64,000 nucleotides of DNA. Source: a virus. The stretch is from IMG/VR virus record IMGVR_UViG_3300043420_000984, positions 1 to 64,000 of that record. One strand, given 5' to 3'. Both the position numbers and the translations under genes were made by a program. Shown piece by piece: positions 26,601 to 35,986 of this stretch. The notes below the pieces were generated by a model. That model was given only the letters and a program-made list of their open reading frames with translations, made no database searches and was not told the DNA's origin. Within the stretch, counting starts at the first letter, position 1; every line of letters begins with the position of its first letter.

Positions 26601-29600
26601 ACCAAAATCTACAGATACGTGGTTTACACGTCTAGATGATACTCGTGAAGCAAATGAAAGAACATATAAACTACGCTATGTTATCCCTAAGTATCTTGAA
26701 AATGCTAGGGATCCTATCAATGGATTTGTAATTAAGACTAGGACTGATGATACTAGAAAACTTGTACCACAAAAACTATTACTAAAACCAGTTGCTGGAA
26801 CTGTATATGGTGCTAGATTTGAGAATCCAGTTCAAGCTGGAGAATATATTGGATATGATACTACTGATTTTGAAAATCAATCTCTAAATCTAGATTTTGC
26901 TTATGATCCATATAAGAAAGATCTAACTGGATCTGGAATTGAATATCGTGCGTTTGCTAGATTTAACAGCGGAGTTCAAGCAACAATTCAGAGTGGTCGA
27001 TATGTTACTGATAAACTTAATGCAAACATTAAATATCTTGAACTAACTGTCTTTGATCATACAATTGATTCTCTAAATTATCCTGGACTTAGAAATGAAA
27101 ATCTAACAACGGTCAGAATTAATGCACCTCAGGGTGGAGAGTTTGTAACTAATAAAACACAAAGTATTTCGGCAAATGAGGTTGAGTGGTCTGGAAATTC
27201 TTCTGGTATTGCTAATATTCATGGATACTTTAGTGTTGGTGATGAGCACTATCTTATTCTCAAGAGCCTCCGTGGCGGTAAGTTAGAGTATAGTGAATTT
27301 GCTAATACTACTTTCACTCAGGGTAGTGTATTTGCAGATATGGTTGAAGATCAGGATATGGGCAAATCTCTCCCATTGAAGACACTTATTCGTAAGGGAT
27401 ATCCTGAGTATTACTATAAGCAAAATGGCGCGAACGTTTACACTATTACTCCTGGTGATCGTATTCAAGACGATGCTGGTATTGAATACTATGTTGAGAG
27501 TGTTGAAGATGCTGGTGTTATTGAAGATACATTCTACGTCTTTAGTTATGAGACACTGCAGCGTAGAATTGCTGGCCAGCAAGATGGTATTTACTACCTA
27601 AGCTGCCTACGTGGTAATATTTCTCCATTCCCAACTGGTGCTGGTTCTGGCGGCAACTTCAGAAACTTTAAGTTCTCGCAACCAGTTAGCAAACTATATC
27701 CACTAAACTACAAAAACGATCCTCTGTGGTTTAATAAAGCTGGTACAACTCAGGAAGAGAAAGATTATGCTGCAGCATTGATCGATCCACCGCAAACTTA
27801 TTCTGCCGCCGATAACTACATTCATGGACTTGTTACAACAAACGATTACAAGAACTCTGTAACTAGAGAACTTGTTGAAGATTTAATTAACCAACCAGCA
27901 TTCATTCAGAATACTTATTCTGGAGCAACTGCTATCCAAGCACAGACTGGTAATGCTACTTCTGGTTCAGAAGATCGCCGTATTCCTATTGCTGGTGCTA
28001 GTGATGTTTTATCGGATCAGAGATACTATGTTGAACTCCGCAGACCATCGATTGCTCGTGCTGGTAACCACACATTTGAGTATCTTGGTTTCGGTCCAGG
28101 TAACTACTCTACAGGTCTTCCTGCGCGTCAGGAGATCGTCTTAAGTCCCACTGAGGACTTCTATGCTCAAAGTAAGAAACAAGACGCTGGTATTGTCTTC
28201 TACACTGGTCTAAACTCTAACGGTGACCTCTATATTGGTAACCGTAAGATCAACGCTATTACTGGCGAAGAAACATTCTTAGAATCTGCAGTTCTTGTAG
28301 AAAGTGAGGATGATAGTGAAGATATTGGAGCACTTGTAACCACTTTTGATACACCTGTAACATTTAATCAAAATATTACAGTTGTTGGTGGAGATGGGTC
28401 ACAGCAAAATACATTCCAGTCTCCAATTGTTGTTTCGGTACAAGACAATAATCTTACAGAGCAAAGAGACGCTTTAATTATTCGTTCTAATGTATCTTCT
28501 GTTGATCCAGTAACTGGATTTGAGCAAGATGAAAGTCTTGATAGAACTTCATTTAGACCTCCAACATCTGGTGACATTAAATTAAGCAAGAACAGAATTC
28601 AAGCTGCCGTCTTTGGATTTAATGCTAGAGGAAACGGACAGAGTTATGCAATTCAAACGCATATCACATCTGGAATTCCATCTAATGTGACACCTAATAA
28701 CAATCAACTAATTGCTGATGGTGGCAATAGATTATATACAAATCAGTTTGTTTCTTATGGTGGTGTTGCTCCTTCTGCTGGTGATATTTTACTTAAGGGT
28801 ATTGAAGTTGGAAAATCTGGATCTCTTGGATGGATTTACGCAAATTACTATGAAAAGATTGCAGATCAGAGCATCTTTACTATTGAATTTGATGGTTCAA
28901 ATGTTGTTAAGGTTACATTAGTTGACTTCAATAGTGGTCTAGACATTAAGAATGGAGATCTTGGAATTAATTCTGGATCTCAAATTAGAATTAGTAATTA
29001 TCCAGACGCCAGACTAAATCAAATTTGGACTATCTTTAGTCCAAATGGCGATGCGTTTGATCCAAATAATAACTATTTCCATTTCCAAGTAATTGATCAA
29101 ATTTCACTATCAACTTTGAATTGGTTGACTGATATTATTTCTCCTGTTCTTCCTGGAGCTCCATCACCAACCATAGAATTTTCCAATTCTAGTTGGAAAG
29201 AAGTTGGAGTTATTGGTGCAGAAGCAATAAGAACTGAGACTGAAACTATTGGTGATTACAAAGTCGGTATCAATACTATTGCTCGTACTCCACATAGTTC
29301 TACTCAGAAGGCATTTATCGATGAATATGCTGAGCCAAGAGCAAATCTTGATATTGTAGGTAACGTCTTCATCAGCGGTACTAAGTTTAACTCATATCTA
29401 TCTGAAACTACAACAATTAAGACAGAAACAAATGATGATAACGCTCTGATTGTTGGTGGAGATAGTCTTGATCCCGATAGCAAGGCAACTCTGAGAGTGA
29501 TGACCACAAATGGTGGTAGATTTGGAATTAATACTGCAGTTGTTGATAATATAAATCCACAGAACGTTCTTGATAAGAACTTAGTTGTCGTTGGAAATGG

Positions 29601-32136
29601 TAGAATTACTAGTAACTTCGAAGTCAAAGGAGATTTGGAAGTTAATGGTGGGGATATTACAACAACGTCTAACACGTTTAACTTAGTCAACAATACTGCA
29701 AATATTCTCAATATTGCAGGCGAGGGACAAGTACTTAGCATTGGAAATAATACTGCAGTTGCTCAAAACATTAATATTGGAAATAATACTCCTAATCAAG
29801 TAGTTCAAATTGGTGGAGCTGCAACAGATACAACTCTTAGAATTCACAGAAATTCTACACAAGCTGTTGTTGATATTGCTAGTGTGAGGGATACAAACCC
29901 TGGAAACACCTGCGAAATTACAATTGGTGGTGCTTGGAGTAATACAGCATCGTTTACTCAAATTGGAACAAGACAAACACTAATTGCTGGAGACCTTGAG
30001 ATTGGTACTAAGTTTGCCCCAGGAACAAGTCAAGCAAGAATATTCGCTCAGACAAGAACTGTAAATTTATTTGACGGAGACCAAACAAACACTGTAAATC
30101 TTGCAACAAATGCAACAGCATTCACTCTTGGATCTACTGGTGGTAGTACTACTATACGAAACACTCTCAATGTTCTTGCTTCTGCTGTTGTTGAAGCAAA
30201 TATTATTATTAACGGTGGATTAAATGCTGGAATTATTGAAATTGAGAGAGGTAGATTTGCAACATCTGTTGTTCCACATAATGTAGGAAGTGTTGAAAAT
30301 TCTAATATTGACTTTTATCAATATGATGATACTGGAAAGTTAATTGATACTGGTGGTGTTTCTTTCTGGGGTTCTACTGCTTTCTTACTTGCTGGTGGTC
30401 AAATTGCTGGTATTGATAATATTACAAATGATGGTGGTGAAAATAGAATTCCTGGAACTTATAGTTTTATTAATGCTACTGGTGGTACTGGAAGTGGAGC
30501 GACATTTACTGTTTTAATTAGATTTGACAAGACTTTCGAAATTACAATTGAAAGTCCTGGATCTGGTTACACAGATAACGATCTGCTTACTATCACCAAC
30601 AATCAACTTGGTGGAGGATCTGGCGGTGGAGATCTGACTTTTGAGATAAATGGAACTAACGATGCTGGCACTAATTACTTCTTGCCAATTACAACACCAT
30701 CTCAATTAGATTTCCAAGTTGGTGATCTTTTATTGATTGATAGAGCAAATGAAGCATCTCCTGATATTGTTGGTAGTGGTGGAAATGAGGTTACTGGACT
30801 TAGAGATGAATCTAAGAGTGAAATTGTTAGGGTTGTTGGACTTGCAAACCTAAGCAATCCTTATGATCCACTTGGTTACAGACTGATTGTTTCTAGAGGT
30901 CAGGAAGGAACTCAAGTAAGAATAGATCACCCAGATAACTGTGTTATTGCAAGACTGATTAAACAGTCAAATGCAAGCTTTATCACTGGTGCTGATTTGG
31001 ATCTTGATGGAAATCTAGATGTTCCATCTTCTGGTATCAGCAATTCTCCTCTTAATGTTAGAATTGGTGTTGCTGAGTTTGGTGGAGTAATTACAACTAG
31101 AGATTATCTTAGACTTTCTGGATCTGAATTTGTTAGAGTTGCAAGTCTAATTTCTACAACTCCACAATCTTTAATTATTAATGATGGTGGACTTCCAGCT
31201 GCTGAAGTATTTAAAGTTGAATCAACAACAGGTGATACTTATATCTTCGGTGATATTAAATCTGGTTCTGGATTTAACAAGTTCGTGGTTGATTCCGCAA
31301 CTGGTAACACAAACATCGCTGGAACTCTAACCACTGAAAATACACTAAAGATCAATGGTTCTACGATTGTAAATACTCAGTTCTTCACGATCACAAATGG
31401 TGGATCTACTGGAGTTCCATTGAGAACTACTTTCCAAGTTGATACTGCAACTGGAGATCTGACAATTAATGGCGGTAATTTTAACATTTTTGGTACAGAT
31501 GGAACAACACCAAGACTAACATTTAATAATTCTTCTGGTGACTTTACAACATATGGATCATTCTCCGCTCTTGGAACTGGTCCGAGCACATTTGGTGGCG
31601 ATATAGTTGTTGCTGGGGATGCTTATATCAATGGTGGTGATTTATCAATCACTTCCGATGATGATGAAATCTTTAGTGTTTCTAATGACGGGGCAGTTAA
31701 GATTGCTGGAATTAATAATTACTTTACTAGAACTGGTGGTCCTAAGTGGGAGTATATTTCTGATACTACTATTACTGCTCAGGCAAATGTAAATTATTTT
31801 GTAAATTCTACTGGTAATACTTTATTCAGACTACCACAAAATCCATTAATTGGTGATACAATTCGCATTATAGATATTAGTGGTAATCTAACATATAATC
31901 TAAGTCTAGTAGTAAGAGCACCAGATAATGTAAGAGTTCAGGGAAGTTCTACAAACACAGCAAGAAGTCTCACTAGTGGAGTTCCAGTAAATAGCTTTAT
32001 TGGATATAATGGCGGTGAACTTGTAGTACAAACTCCATATGCTGCTTTTGGTTTAGTATATGCTGGATCTTCAACTCCAGACGGAAATCCTGGTGTTCCT
32101 TCTGGGTTAACTGGTTGGTATTTAATGGACGTATAA
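20656..32136 (+). CDS. Giant (3826 aa) virion structural / tail-fibre-like protein
   Basis: MPLTRLDNL..YVSPDD..PFKSIQRA N-terminus as in cyanomyovirus fibres; pectin-lyase-like region; helical KCRRD repeats; Gly/Thr-rich C-terminal beta repeats. Confidence 0.85.
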   Translation: MPLTRLDNLISSKTGKYLYVSPDDFNATDALANRGNSPITPFKSIQRAFLEIARYSYLPGFGNDRFDQFSIMLMPGIHYIDNRPGLVDTSGIDVFGFDQALNSWTDNSILDISNPDNVLYKFNNTEGGAIIPRGSSLVGYDLRRTTIRPLYVPDPASVTVPRSAIFNVTGGCYFWQFTIKDGQTTSESPLYDNTQGTGLVYYDPNDFTKLTAPNYSHHKLTVFEYADQEELGLFYRKIAKAFSAYQPTIDDPGEFDFNIQENRIVGPLSDSRVIESLKLTDATTKPSVPASTSEIEVTTKVDHGYFQGQFVAISGTEIDSVLEGVFPIKSIDQNDPRKFTYEVPIVVSAIGTNLVSGQTVSVPTLGQNAQTLAEVDSVESASPYVFNCSIRSTWGICGIWANGLKATGFKSMVIAQYTGVSLQKDDRAFIRYDEYSNTWNQASLTDAFATVPYHTKGDSYWKDDWRNFHVRASEDAFIQNVSIFAVGFADHFLMESGGDMSITNSNSNFGNTSLHAIGFKGFAFNQDKGGYITDIIPPQKIAEGSANTKRVQYYTIDIQGTIKDNNNYTKLFLGSDSVITPIDRPSVTIQGYRLGSKTDEKLFVTLDPASPGGPEEFNATLEPTGFVKYIASASILNPSGIAINNIYADAANLIQNNRRMIQEEVFGYIFEKYPRLQNIPYVNPGRDPDANRFYDARDLIIANRQYIITQAQVETLAAYPTTSITLFDIGEIVDAIAEDLRDGGNFNTIEKVKEYFSGSGNLSSFLGFEAEAIFAFNRTRDLCKLAIANLLPNKAYLYDPDPNSEIAGYVLSRNGITTAGYTGSEAEELSLTTNGVTVDVANKVDPAGRFKDASNLISANKDFIVDNALAEIGVYHPDFFFPNDPQTTADSRFADAYRLIRRNREEIQNAAIAAILTNYPTFVFPNGSTDKCRRDIGYLIDSIALDIFLGGNEYTIKFTRKYFDALGNPISDGLSGEEAQSIYGFNAARDAMMLAVSNQLTYKDDTITAGESEYGDGNGVVPNTNPTACADVQNAISTLTSIATQAISDGNTDSLDDSGNPNYVIPTSRTLLAGESKCRRDIGFVVDAIINDLWFGGNEYMIAATKEYFLYNGSALLPNGVSGEIEPSVTAFKRIADAVNLSINNQTYEKDLTITLDNTGDPVVVSDIHADAYNLVLRNKEFIAKEAYERMLIAFPTYTPQLTNTEQDCLDDVYKVLEEVMYNVKFGGNHRAYDAANVYVTNTLNGEPIETFIDSERDEAAYVFTQARDIAIQVLRNEIVNQTGNNTIPLYIDNTIVPDWESPTCQSAASAVATLMDIVIQAIGNDTGVGNLTGIFRTEPTQPTQYVTGNCSDVLSSVDTLISILCDAISDYSLNSLPSLSHGQWDCANVRSAIENLFDIVNDALRTSSLAELPEVNTGGFGVVAEQSKCFRDVTYIVDAITNDLRLGGNINSVQFAEAYYVGTQLEYIDGEKVETLDAWDYVGQMAIAAMRNFDFLALNCQTTFGSAIVEVGDTRGILIGMRVQEFDNTDPVNPAYVNGLLQPNATAIYSNIPQDTFVKRIVSNTEIEIGVANSRLDVGETVPALQTSTTASLYFTFEKGQWADTLPTTVFVGPESSNPDVIQDTTAFSPGSPTQRECAGTANAITTLVENITTIISSGIGTVAREEQTVNTALFASRATVFTVNVTGYGSTNPHNFETGTPVRLVPRPRFNVDTGKYVDIDKRLVRLPNGFETNRTYYVIAPGRRTQPENYANTTFFNGSDQTKLMLATSKENAAAGIYIYSSESENIDADVEIDIYQFVLDDSYDLHNYKCTLTNTVNAGIQTDVPHIFDVPFSSTTPQKVFFRAIEGGVLPLVSTTYANDSDVAIVDPFDPEVGNINKTTEFFARYQNDKVFTIHKTHADAINNVNPITFTSGQLGTFEVFSNKRRSPVHFDPTFADGVTDSGKWFVRLKDEGSSSVPESIKQENIMWRIHQIDYADRPKSTDTWFTRLDDTREANERTYKLRYVIPKYLENARDPINGFVIKTRTDDTRKLVPQKLLLKPVAGTVYGARFENPVQAGEYIGYDTTDFENQSLNLDFAYDPYKKDLTGSGIEYRAFARFNSGVQATIQSGRYVTDKLNANIKYLELTVFDHTIDSLNYPGLRNENLTTVRINAPQGGEFVTNKTQSISANEVEWSGNSSGIANIHGYFSVGDEHYLILKSLRGGKLEYSEFANTTFTQGSVFADMVEDQDMGKSLPLKTLIRKGYPEYYYKQNGANVYTITPGDRIQDDAGIEYYVESVEDAGVIEDTFYVFSYETLQRRIAGQQDGIYYLSCLRGNISPFPTGAGSGGNFRNFKFSQPVSKLYPLNYKNDPLWFNKAGTTQEEKDYAAALIDPPQTYSAADNYIHGLVTTNDYKNSVTRELVEDLINQPAFIQNTYSGATAIQAQTGNATSGSEDRRIPIAGASDVLSDQRYYVELRRPSIARAGNHTFEYLGFGPGNYSTGLPARQEIVLSPTEDFYAQSKKQDAGIVFYTGLNSNGDLYIGNRKINAITGEETFLESAVLVESEDDSEDIGALVTTFDTPVTFNQNITVVGGDGSQQNTFQSPIVVSVQDNNLTEQRDALIIRSNVSSVDPVTGFEQDESLDRTSFRPPTSGDIKLSKNRIQAAVFGFNARGNGQSYAIQTHITSGIPSNVTPNNNQLIADGGNRLYTNQFVSYGGVAPSAGDILLKGIEVGKSGSLGWIYANYYEKIADQSIFTIEFDGSNVVKVTLVDFNSGLDIKNGDLGINSGSQIRISNYPDARLNQIWTIFSPNGDAFDPNNNYFHFQVIDQISLSTLNWLTDIISPVLPGAPSPTIEFSNSSWKEVGVIGAEAIRTETETIGDYKVGINTIARTPHSSTQKAFIDEYAEPRANLDIVGNVFISGTKFNSYLSETTTIKTETNDDNALIVGGDSLDPDSKATLRVMTTNGGRFGINTAVVDNINPQNVLDKNLVVVGNGRITSNFEVKGDLEVNGGDITTTSNTFNLVNNTANILNIAGEGQVLSIGNNTAVAQNINIGNNTPNQVVQIGGAATDTTLRIHRNSTQAVVDIASVRDTNPGNTCEITIGGAWSNTASFTQIGTRQTLIAGDLEIGTKFAPGTSQARIFAQTRTVNLFDGDQTNTVNLATNATAFTLGSTGGSTTIRNTLNVLASAVVEANIIINGGLNAGIIEIERGRFATSVVPHNVGSVENSNIDFYQYDDTGKLIDTGGVSFWGSTAFLLAGGQIAGIDNITNDGGENRIPGTYSFINATGGTGSGATFTVLIRFDKTFEITIESPGSGYTDNDLLTITNNQLGGGSGGGDLTFEINGTNDAGTNYFLPITTPSQLDFQVGDLLLIDRANEASPDIVGSGGNEVTGLRDESKSEIVRVVGLANLSNPYDPLGYRLIVSRGQEGTQVRIDHPDNCVIARLIKQSNASFITGADLDLDGNLDVPSSGISNSPLNVRIGVAEFGGVITTRDYLRLSGSEFVRVASLISTTPQSLIINDGGLPAAEVFKVESTTGDTYIFGDIKSGSGFNKFVVDSATGNTNIAGTLTTENTLKINGSTIVNTQFFTITNGGSTGVPLRTTFQVDTATGDLTINGGNFNIFGTDGTTPRLTFNNSSGDFTTYGSFSALGTGPSTFGGDIVVAGDAYINGGDLSITSDDDEIFSVSNDGAVKIAGINNYFTRTGGPKWEYISDTTITAQANVNYFVNSTGNTLFRLPQNPLIGDTIRIIDISGNLTYNLSLVVRAPDNVRVQGSSTNTARSLTSGVPVNSFIGYNGGELVVQTPYAAFGLVYAGSSTPDGNPGVPSGLTGWYLMDV

Positions 32137-32140
32137 TCTA

Positions 32141-33355
32141 ATGTTTTATCAAGGTTCTAAAACTGCAAAAGCTGCTGTAATTGGCACAATTATGCCTTGG
32201 AGTGGACCATTGGGTTCTATACCAGACGGATGGATTATTTGCGATGGTTCTACTAAGGTTGCTAGAAATTATCCACTTTTAGTTCAAGCAATTGGAGACA
32301 CTTACAATGCTGGTGCTTCCAATCTTGGCGGATCATTTCCAAACTATAGTGGTGAATTTGTTCTTCCAGATTTAAACAACAGAATGTTAATGGATATTGA
32401 AGAGGAATATTTTGGTGAAGTTGATAATGGTGGAACTGGAAAAGATATAGATATAGATGTTGATGCTAGATCTATTATTTCTCCATATATTGGAGATAAT
32501 ATTGACAATGGAATACCTGTAGTTTACAATAATGTCTATACTGATGTTGTTTTTACATTAAATGATAGAACTGGATATTCGGGAAGAATACGAGGAAACA
32601 CAATAATTCCAGGAGATTTTGAAAAAACAATATTTCTTGGTGGTAGAAAATTGGGAACTTCTCATGTTAGAAATCACAGTCACTCTGGATCATATGAAAC
32701 CCTTGCAAATGCTGATCCAACAAGACCAGGAGAAGGTGTAGTTCCATATGAAAATGCAACAACAACTTTTACTATTCAGGCTGTGGATACCTTTGGTGAT
32801 TTAGACTCTAGTGATAATGGCAATGAGATCAGATTTACTTACAATTTAAGTCCTGCAAACTGGGGGCAAGTTGAAAATATTAATGGATTTGGATCTGGTG
32901 TTCCTGGTAGAACTGTTGCTAGAGTTAGAACCGAACTCCCTCCAGCTAATTTAACTCCACAGAGAGTTATGTTTACCCCGATTAAAGATAATTTGGACAG
33001 TCCTCGTCTAGATTCTGGTACTACAATTCCATATGCTCTTGGTGGAAATACACTAACAGTGCCTACGGGATATAGAAATTATTATCCTGATATTCCAGGT
33101 GTTGGCAATTTCGGGACGTTAGTTAGTAATATAGCTGACAATTGGGATAGTCAGAATTTATTGGCTCATAATCATGATCCAATTGATGTTCAATTTGATA
33201 CTGGCAGTCTTAAACCAGCTTCTAGCCTCGTTGGTTCTGTTAATATTCCAGGGACAACAAATTTAGATAATGGAGCAAATGTTGCTGCATTTCAAATTGA
33301 TATGAATACTACTCAACCTTCTTTAACATGTGTTTACCTCATAAGAGCATATTAA
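32141..33355 (+). CDS. Tail-collar domain protein (short fibre/baseplate)
   Basis: IGTIMPWSG..PDGWIICDG..YPLL..IG..FVLPDL; ends YLIRAY. Confidence 0.85.
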   Translation: MFYQGSKTAKAAVIGTIMPWSGPLGSIPDGWIICDGSTKVARNYPLLVQAIGDTYNAGASNLGGSFPNYSGEFVLPDLNNRMLMDIEEEYFGEVDNGGTGKDIDIDVDARSIISPYIGDNIDNGIPVVYNNVYTDVVFTLNDRTGYSGRIRGNTIIPGDFEKTIFLGGRKLGTSHVRNHSHSGSYETLANADPTRPGEGVVPYENATTTFTIQAVDTFGDLDSSDNGNEIRFTYNLSPANWGQVENINGFGSGVPGRTVARVRTELPPANLTPQRVMFTPIKDNLDSPRLDSGTTIPYALGGNTLTVPTGYRNYYPDIPGVGNFGTLVSNIADNWDSQNLLAHNHDPIDVQFDTGSLKPASSLVGSVNIPGTTNLDNGANVAAFQIDMNTTQPSLTCVYLIRAY

Positions 33356-33364
33356 TTACTAAAA

Positions 33365-34255
33365 ATGGCAAACTACGCAAGAGAAAAATCTAGATATGGT
33401 GGTTGTACTGGATCTATTTTAGTACATTCTACTCCTGGTCTTGGATCTACAAATGATCCTGATTCCGCTGTTTTCAAGGAAAACTTGCCTGCTGGATATT
33501 TAAAATGTGATGGATCTGTACTTAATGCTAAAGATTACTTAGCATTATCTCAAATTCTTGGTGTTGGTGACGCATGTAGATTTGCCAAGGAGGGAGTAAT
33601 CTTACGAAATCCAGATGAAAACACTGGAGATCTTGGAAGCTTCCAATTGCCAGATCTTGGATCTAAAGTAATTATTGGTGGTAGAGCAACTGGAACTTAT
33701 AATAATGATACGGTAGAAACAGAAGTTATAACAACTGCTAGACCAGTTAATAGAGTTGGGCCTCAGATAGAAGTTATTTCTAATATTGGAAATAGAGTTG
33801 AGGCTGGTTTTATTGGAAATATGACGCTTTCTGCAAGTGGAGAGATTTTTATGATTGGTTCTCCAAAGTACACTCTTGATAGAAAAACTTCTTTGACTAG
33901 TTTGGATATTGAATATTTCCAAGGTCACGCACACAACTCATCTCAAAGATATCTAAACTATAGTGCATCACATGAAGTTGGTGGTGAAGGCGGTAAAGAT
34001 CGTGGAAGAGCTCTTGCTAACAGTGGATCTGGCAATACTTTTGAAGAAACTGGAGATGGGGGAACTACGTCAATTCATCAACATAACATGACACGACCAT
34101 TTACATATTCTCATGATTTTTCTTATACTTATCCAGAAGTCAATATTGATATGTCTGGTGTTAGTGCATATATTGACGTTAAACTATCTGAAGAAAACAA
34201 GTTAGATCAATTGGTAACTCCGTTTATACTCGTAGAGTATATCATTAAATTCTAG
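33365..34255 (+). CDS. Tail-collar domain protein
   Basis: PAGYLKCDGS..FQLPDLG; HAH/HQH motifs; ends EYIIKF. Confidence 0.85.
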   Translation: MANYAREKSRYGGCTGSILVHSTPGLGSTNDPDSAVFKENLPAGYLKCDGSVLNAKDYLALSQILGVGDACRFAKEGVILRNPDENTGDLGSFQLPDLGSKVIIGGRATGTYNNDTVETEVITTARPVNRVGPQIEVISNIGNRVEAGFIGNMTLSASGEIFMIGSPKYTLDRKTSLTSLDIEYFQGHAHNSSQRYLNYSASHEVGGEGGKDRGRALANSGSGNTFEETGDGGTTSIHQHNMTRPFTYSHDFSYTYPEVNIDMSGVSAYIDVKLSEENKLDQLVTPFILVEYIIKF

Positions 34256-34257
34256 AA

Positions 34258-35973
34258 ATGCCAGTAACTACTAATATTTCTACCACTCAAAACTATACAA
34301 TTCCATCGGACGTTTTTAGTTTAACTATTCGTCTCTGGGGAGCTGGTGGCGGAGGTGAGTTTGTTAACACAAATGCCACTTTAACTGCTACTGCTGGTAG
34401 CAGTGGATCTGCTACTTCATTTATTGGACTTGTTGCTGGTGGTGGACAAGGTGGTGGTGTTGGTGGAAAAAATCAAGGTGGATCTGGTGGATCTGCCTCT
34501 ACAACTTATAATTGGGCAACTGAGCATTCGGCAACGGTAAGTTCTAATGATGGTAATTCTGGTTCTATTAGTAGTGGTGGTGCTGGAAGAACATTAAATT
34601 CACTAACAAAAGGCGATGGTGGTAGTGGAACAACTGGTGCTGCAGAATACACCTCTAGCATATATCATGTATTTAATAATGATGCTAATGTTCATATCGT
34701 CACTAATAGTAGTTCAGATATTATAGTTGGATATGAATCTCCAGAGGCTCCAAATAGTCAACCATGTAGTACAAATTATAGCTATAAACACTATAGAATT
34801 ACATTTGTATCTCCATTTGTAGATAGTAGTTACAGTATTAGTGTTTATGATATATGTCAGCAAGCTGCGGCTGGTGGAACTGGCGTACCAATTACTGTTG
34901 CTGGATTTCGAGATAAAACATCTAGCGGATTTCGTATATGGTTTTGTAGAAATGCTAATAGTTATGTCAGATGCTTTTCTTTTACTGCGTCTGGAATTAA
35001 GTCTGGTGCTGCTGGTATGGGTGGTGGTAGTGGAGCTACTATACAAACTACACTAACACGTCAAATGTTTATTAATTCTACTACTTATGCTCCTGGTACT
35101 GCACATTCTGTTACTATTGGATCTGGGGGTGCTCGCGGAGGAACCACTTCTGTAGCTGGATCTGATGGATATGCCCAAATTTATGCAATTATTATTCCTA
35201 AGGTAACTTTAACTGCTAGTTCATATGCAATAATTGTTGGTCAATCCACAACTCTTAGTTGGAGTACCAGTGGTGATGGTGACACCATTACATGGACATC
35301 TGAAAATATTAATAATACTAATTTGACAAGTAGTGTTAGCGTTTCCCCACAAGAAACCACAACATATACTGCCGTTGCCTCTGGATTGGGTGGATCATCT
35401 GCTCCAGCTAGTGTTACTATTGTTGTATATCAAGTTCCTACCGCTTCCATTACCGTTCCAGAAACTTTGAATTACGGTGAAGATGCTATAATATCATATA
35501 CTACGAAATATGCAGATAGTAGTATTTTACTAAGACCATATTACACATATTTAAATGAAGATACTGAGGTTGCTGGAGACCCAATTTCTTTACCCAAAGC
35601 TACAAGTGCAGAAAATGGAAAACTAGATTCTGAAATTGTCAGGGAGAATAATTCTCTTACTGTCAGTATTCCATATAATGATTATGGACCTACTAGTGTA
35701 ACATATGTTCTAGAAGCAAGCGGGTCTGGAGGATTTGTGAGTGTAGAACAATCGATTGATATTGTAATAGATCAATATCCTGAAAATATTATTATTCCAG
35801 AAAAGGAAGATGCTTTTAAAAATCAAGATCCAGTATTTACTCCCGAAACCGAAGTTTTATCAGAATTGTTATTAATAAATGACATAGATATTCCAGTTGA
35901 AATTAAATCAAATTATCCAATTCAAGTTGATATCAATGGGCAAAGTGACTGGCAAAATTTGCGAGAAATCTGA
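34258..35973 (+). CDS. Fibre/receptor-binding paralogue A (Gly-rich N-terminus, Ig-like repeats, conserved C-terminal module)
   Basis: LWGAGGGG domain; C-terminus IDQYPENIIIPE..DIPVEIKSNYPIQVDING shared with next two genes. Confidence 0.75.
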   Translation: MPVTTNISTTQNYTIPSDVFSLTIRLWGAGGGGEFVNTNATLTATAGSSGSATSFIGLVAGGGQGGGVGGKNQGGSGGSASTTYNWATEHSATVSSNDGNSGSISSGGAGRTLNSLTKGDGGSGTTGAAEYTSSIYHVFNNDANVHIVTNSSSDIIVGYESPEAPNSQPCSTNYSYKHYRITFVSPFVDSSYSISVYDICQQAAAGGTGVPITVAGFRDKTSSGFRIWFCRNANSYVRCFSFTASGIKSGAAGMGGGSGATIQTTLTRQMFINSTTYAPGTAHSVTIGSGGARGGTTSVAGSDGYAQIYAIIIPKVTLTASSYAIIVGQSTTLSWSTSGDGDTITWTSENINNTNLTSSVSVSPQETTTYTAVASGLGGSSAPASVTIVVYQVPTASITVPETLNYGEDAIISYTTKYADSSILLRPYYTYLNEDTEVAGDPISLPKATSAENGKLDSEIVRENNSLTVSIPYNDYGPTSVTYVLEASGSGGFVSVEQSIDIVIDQYPENIIIPEKEDAFKNQDPVFTPETEVLSELLLINDIDIPVEIKSNYPIQVDINGQSDWQNLREI

Positions 35974-35986
35974 GAGGTAAAAAGTA

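Noticed and set aside
20656-32136. Intein or intron in the 11.5-kb gene
   Set aside because: Frame uninterrupted; no intein splice-junction or LAGLIDADG motifs noticed
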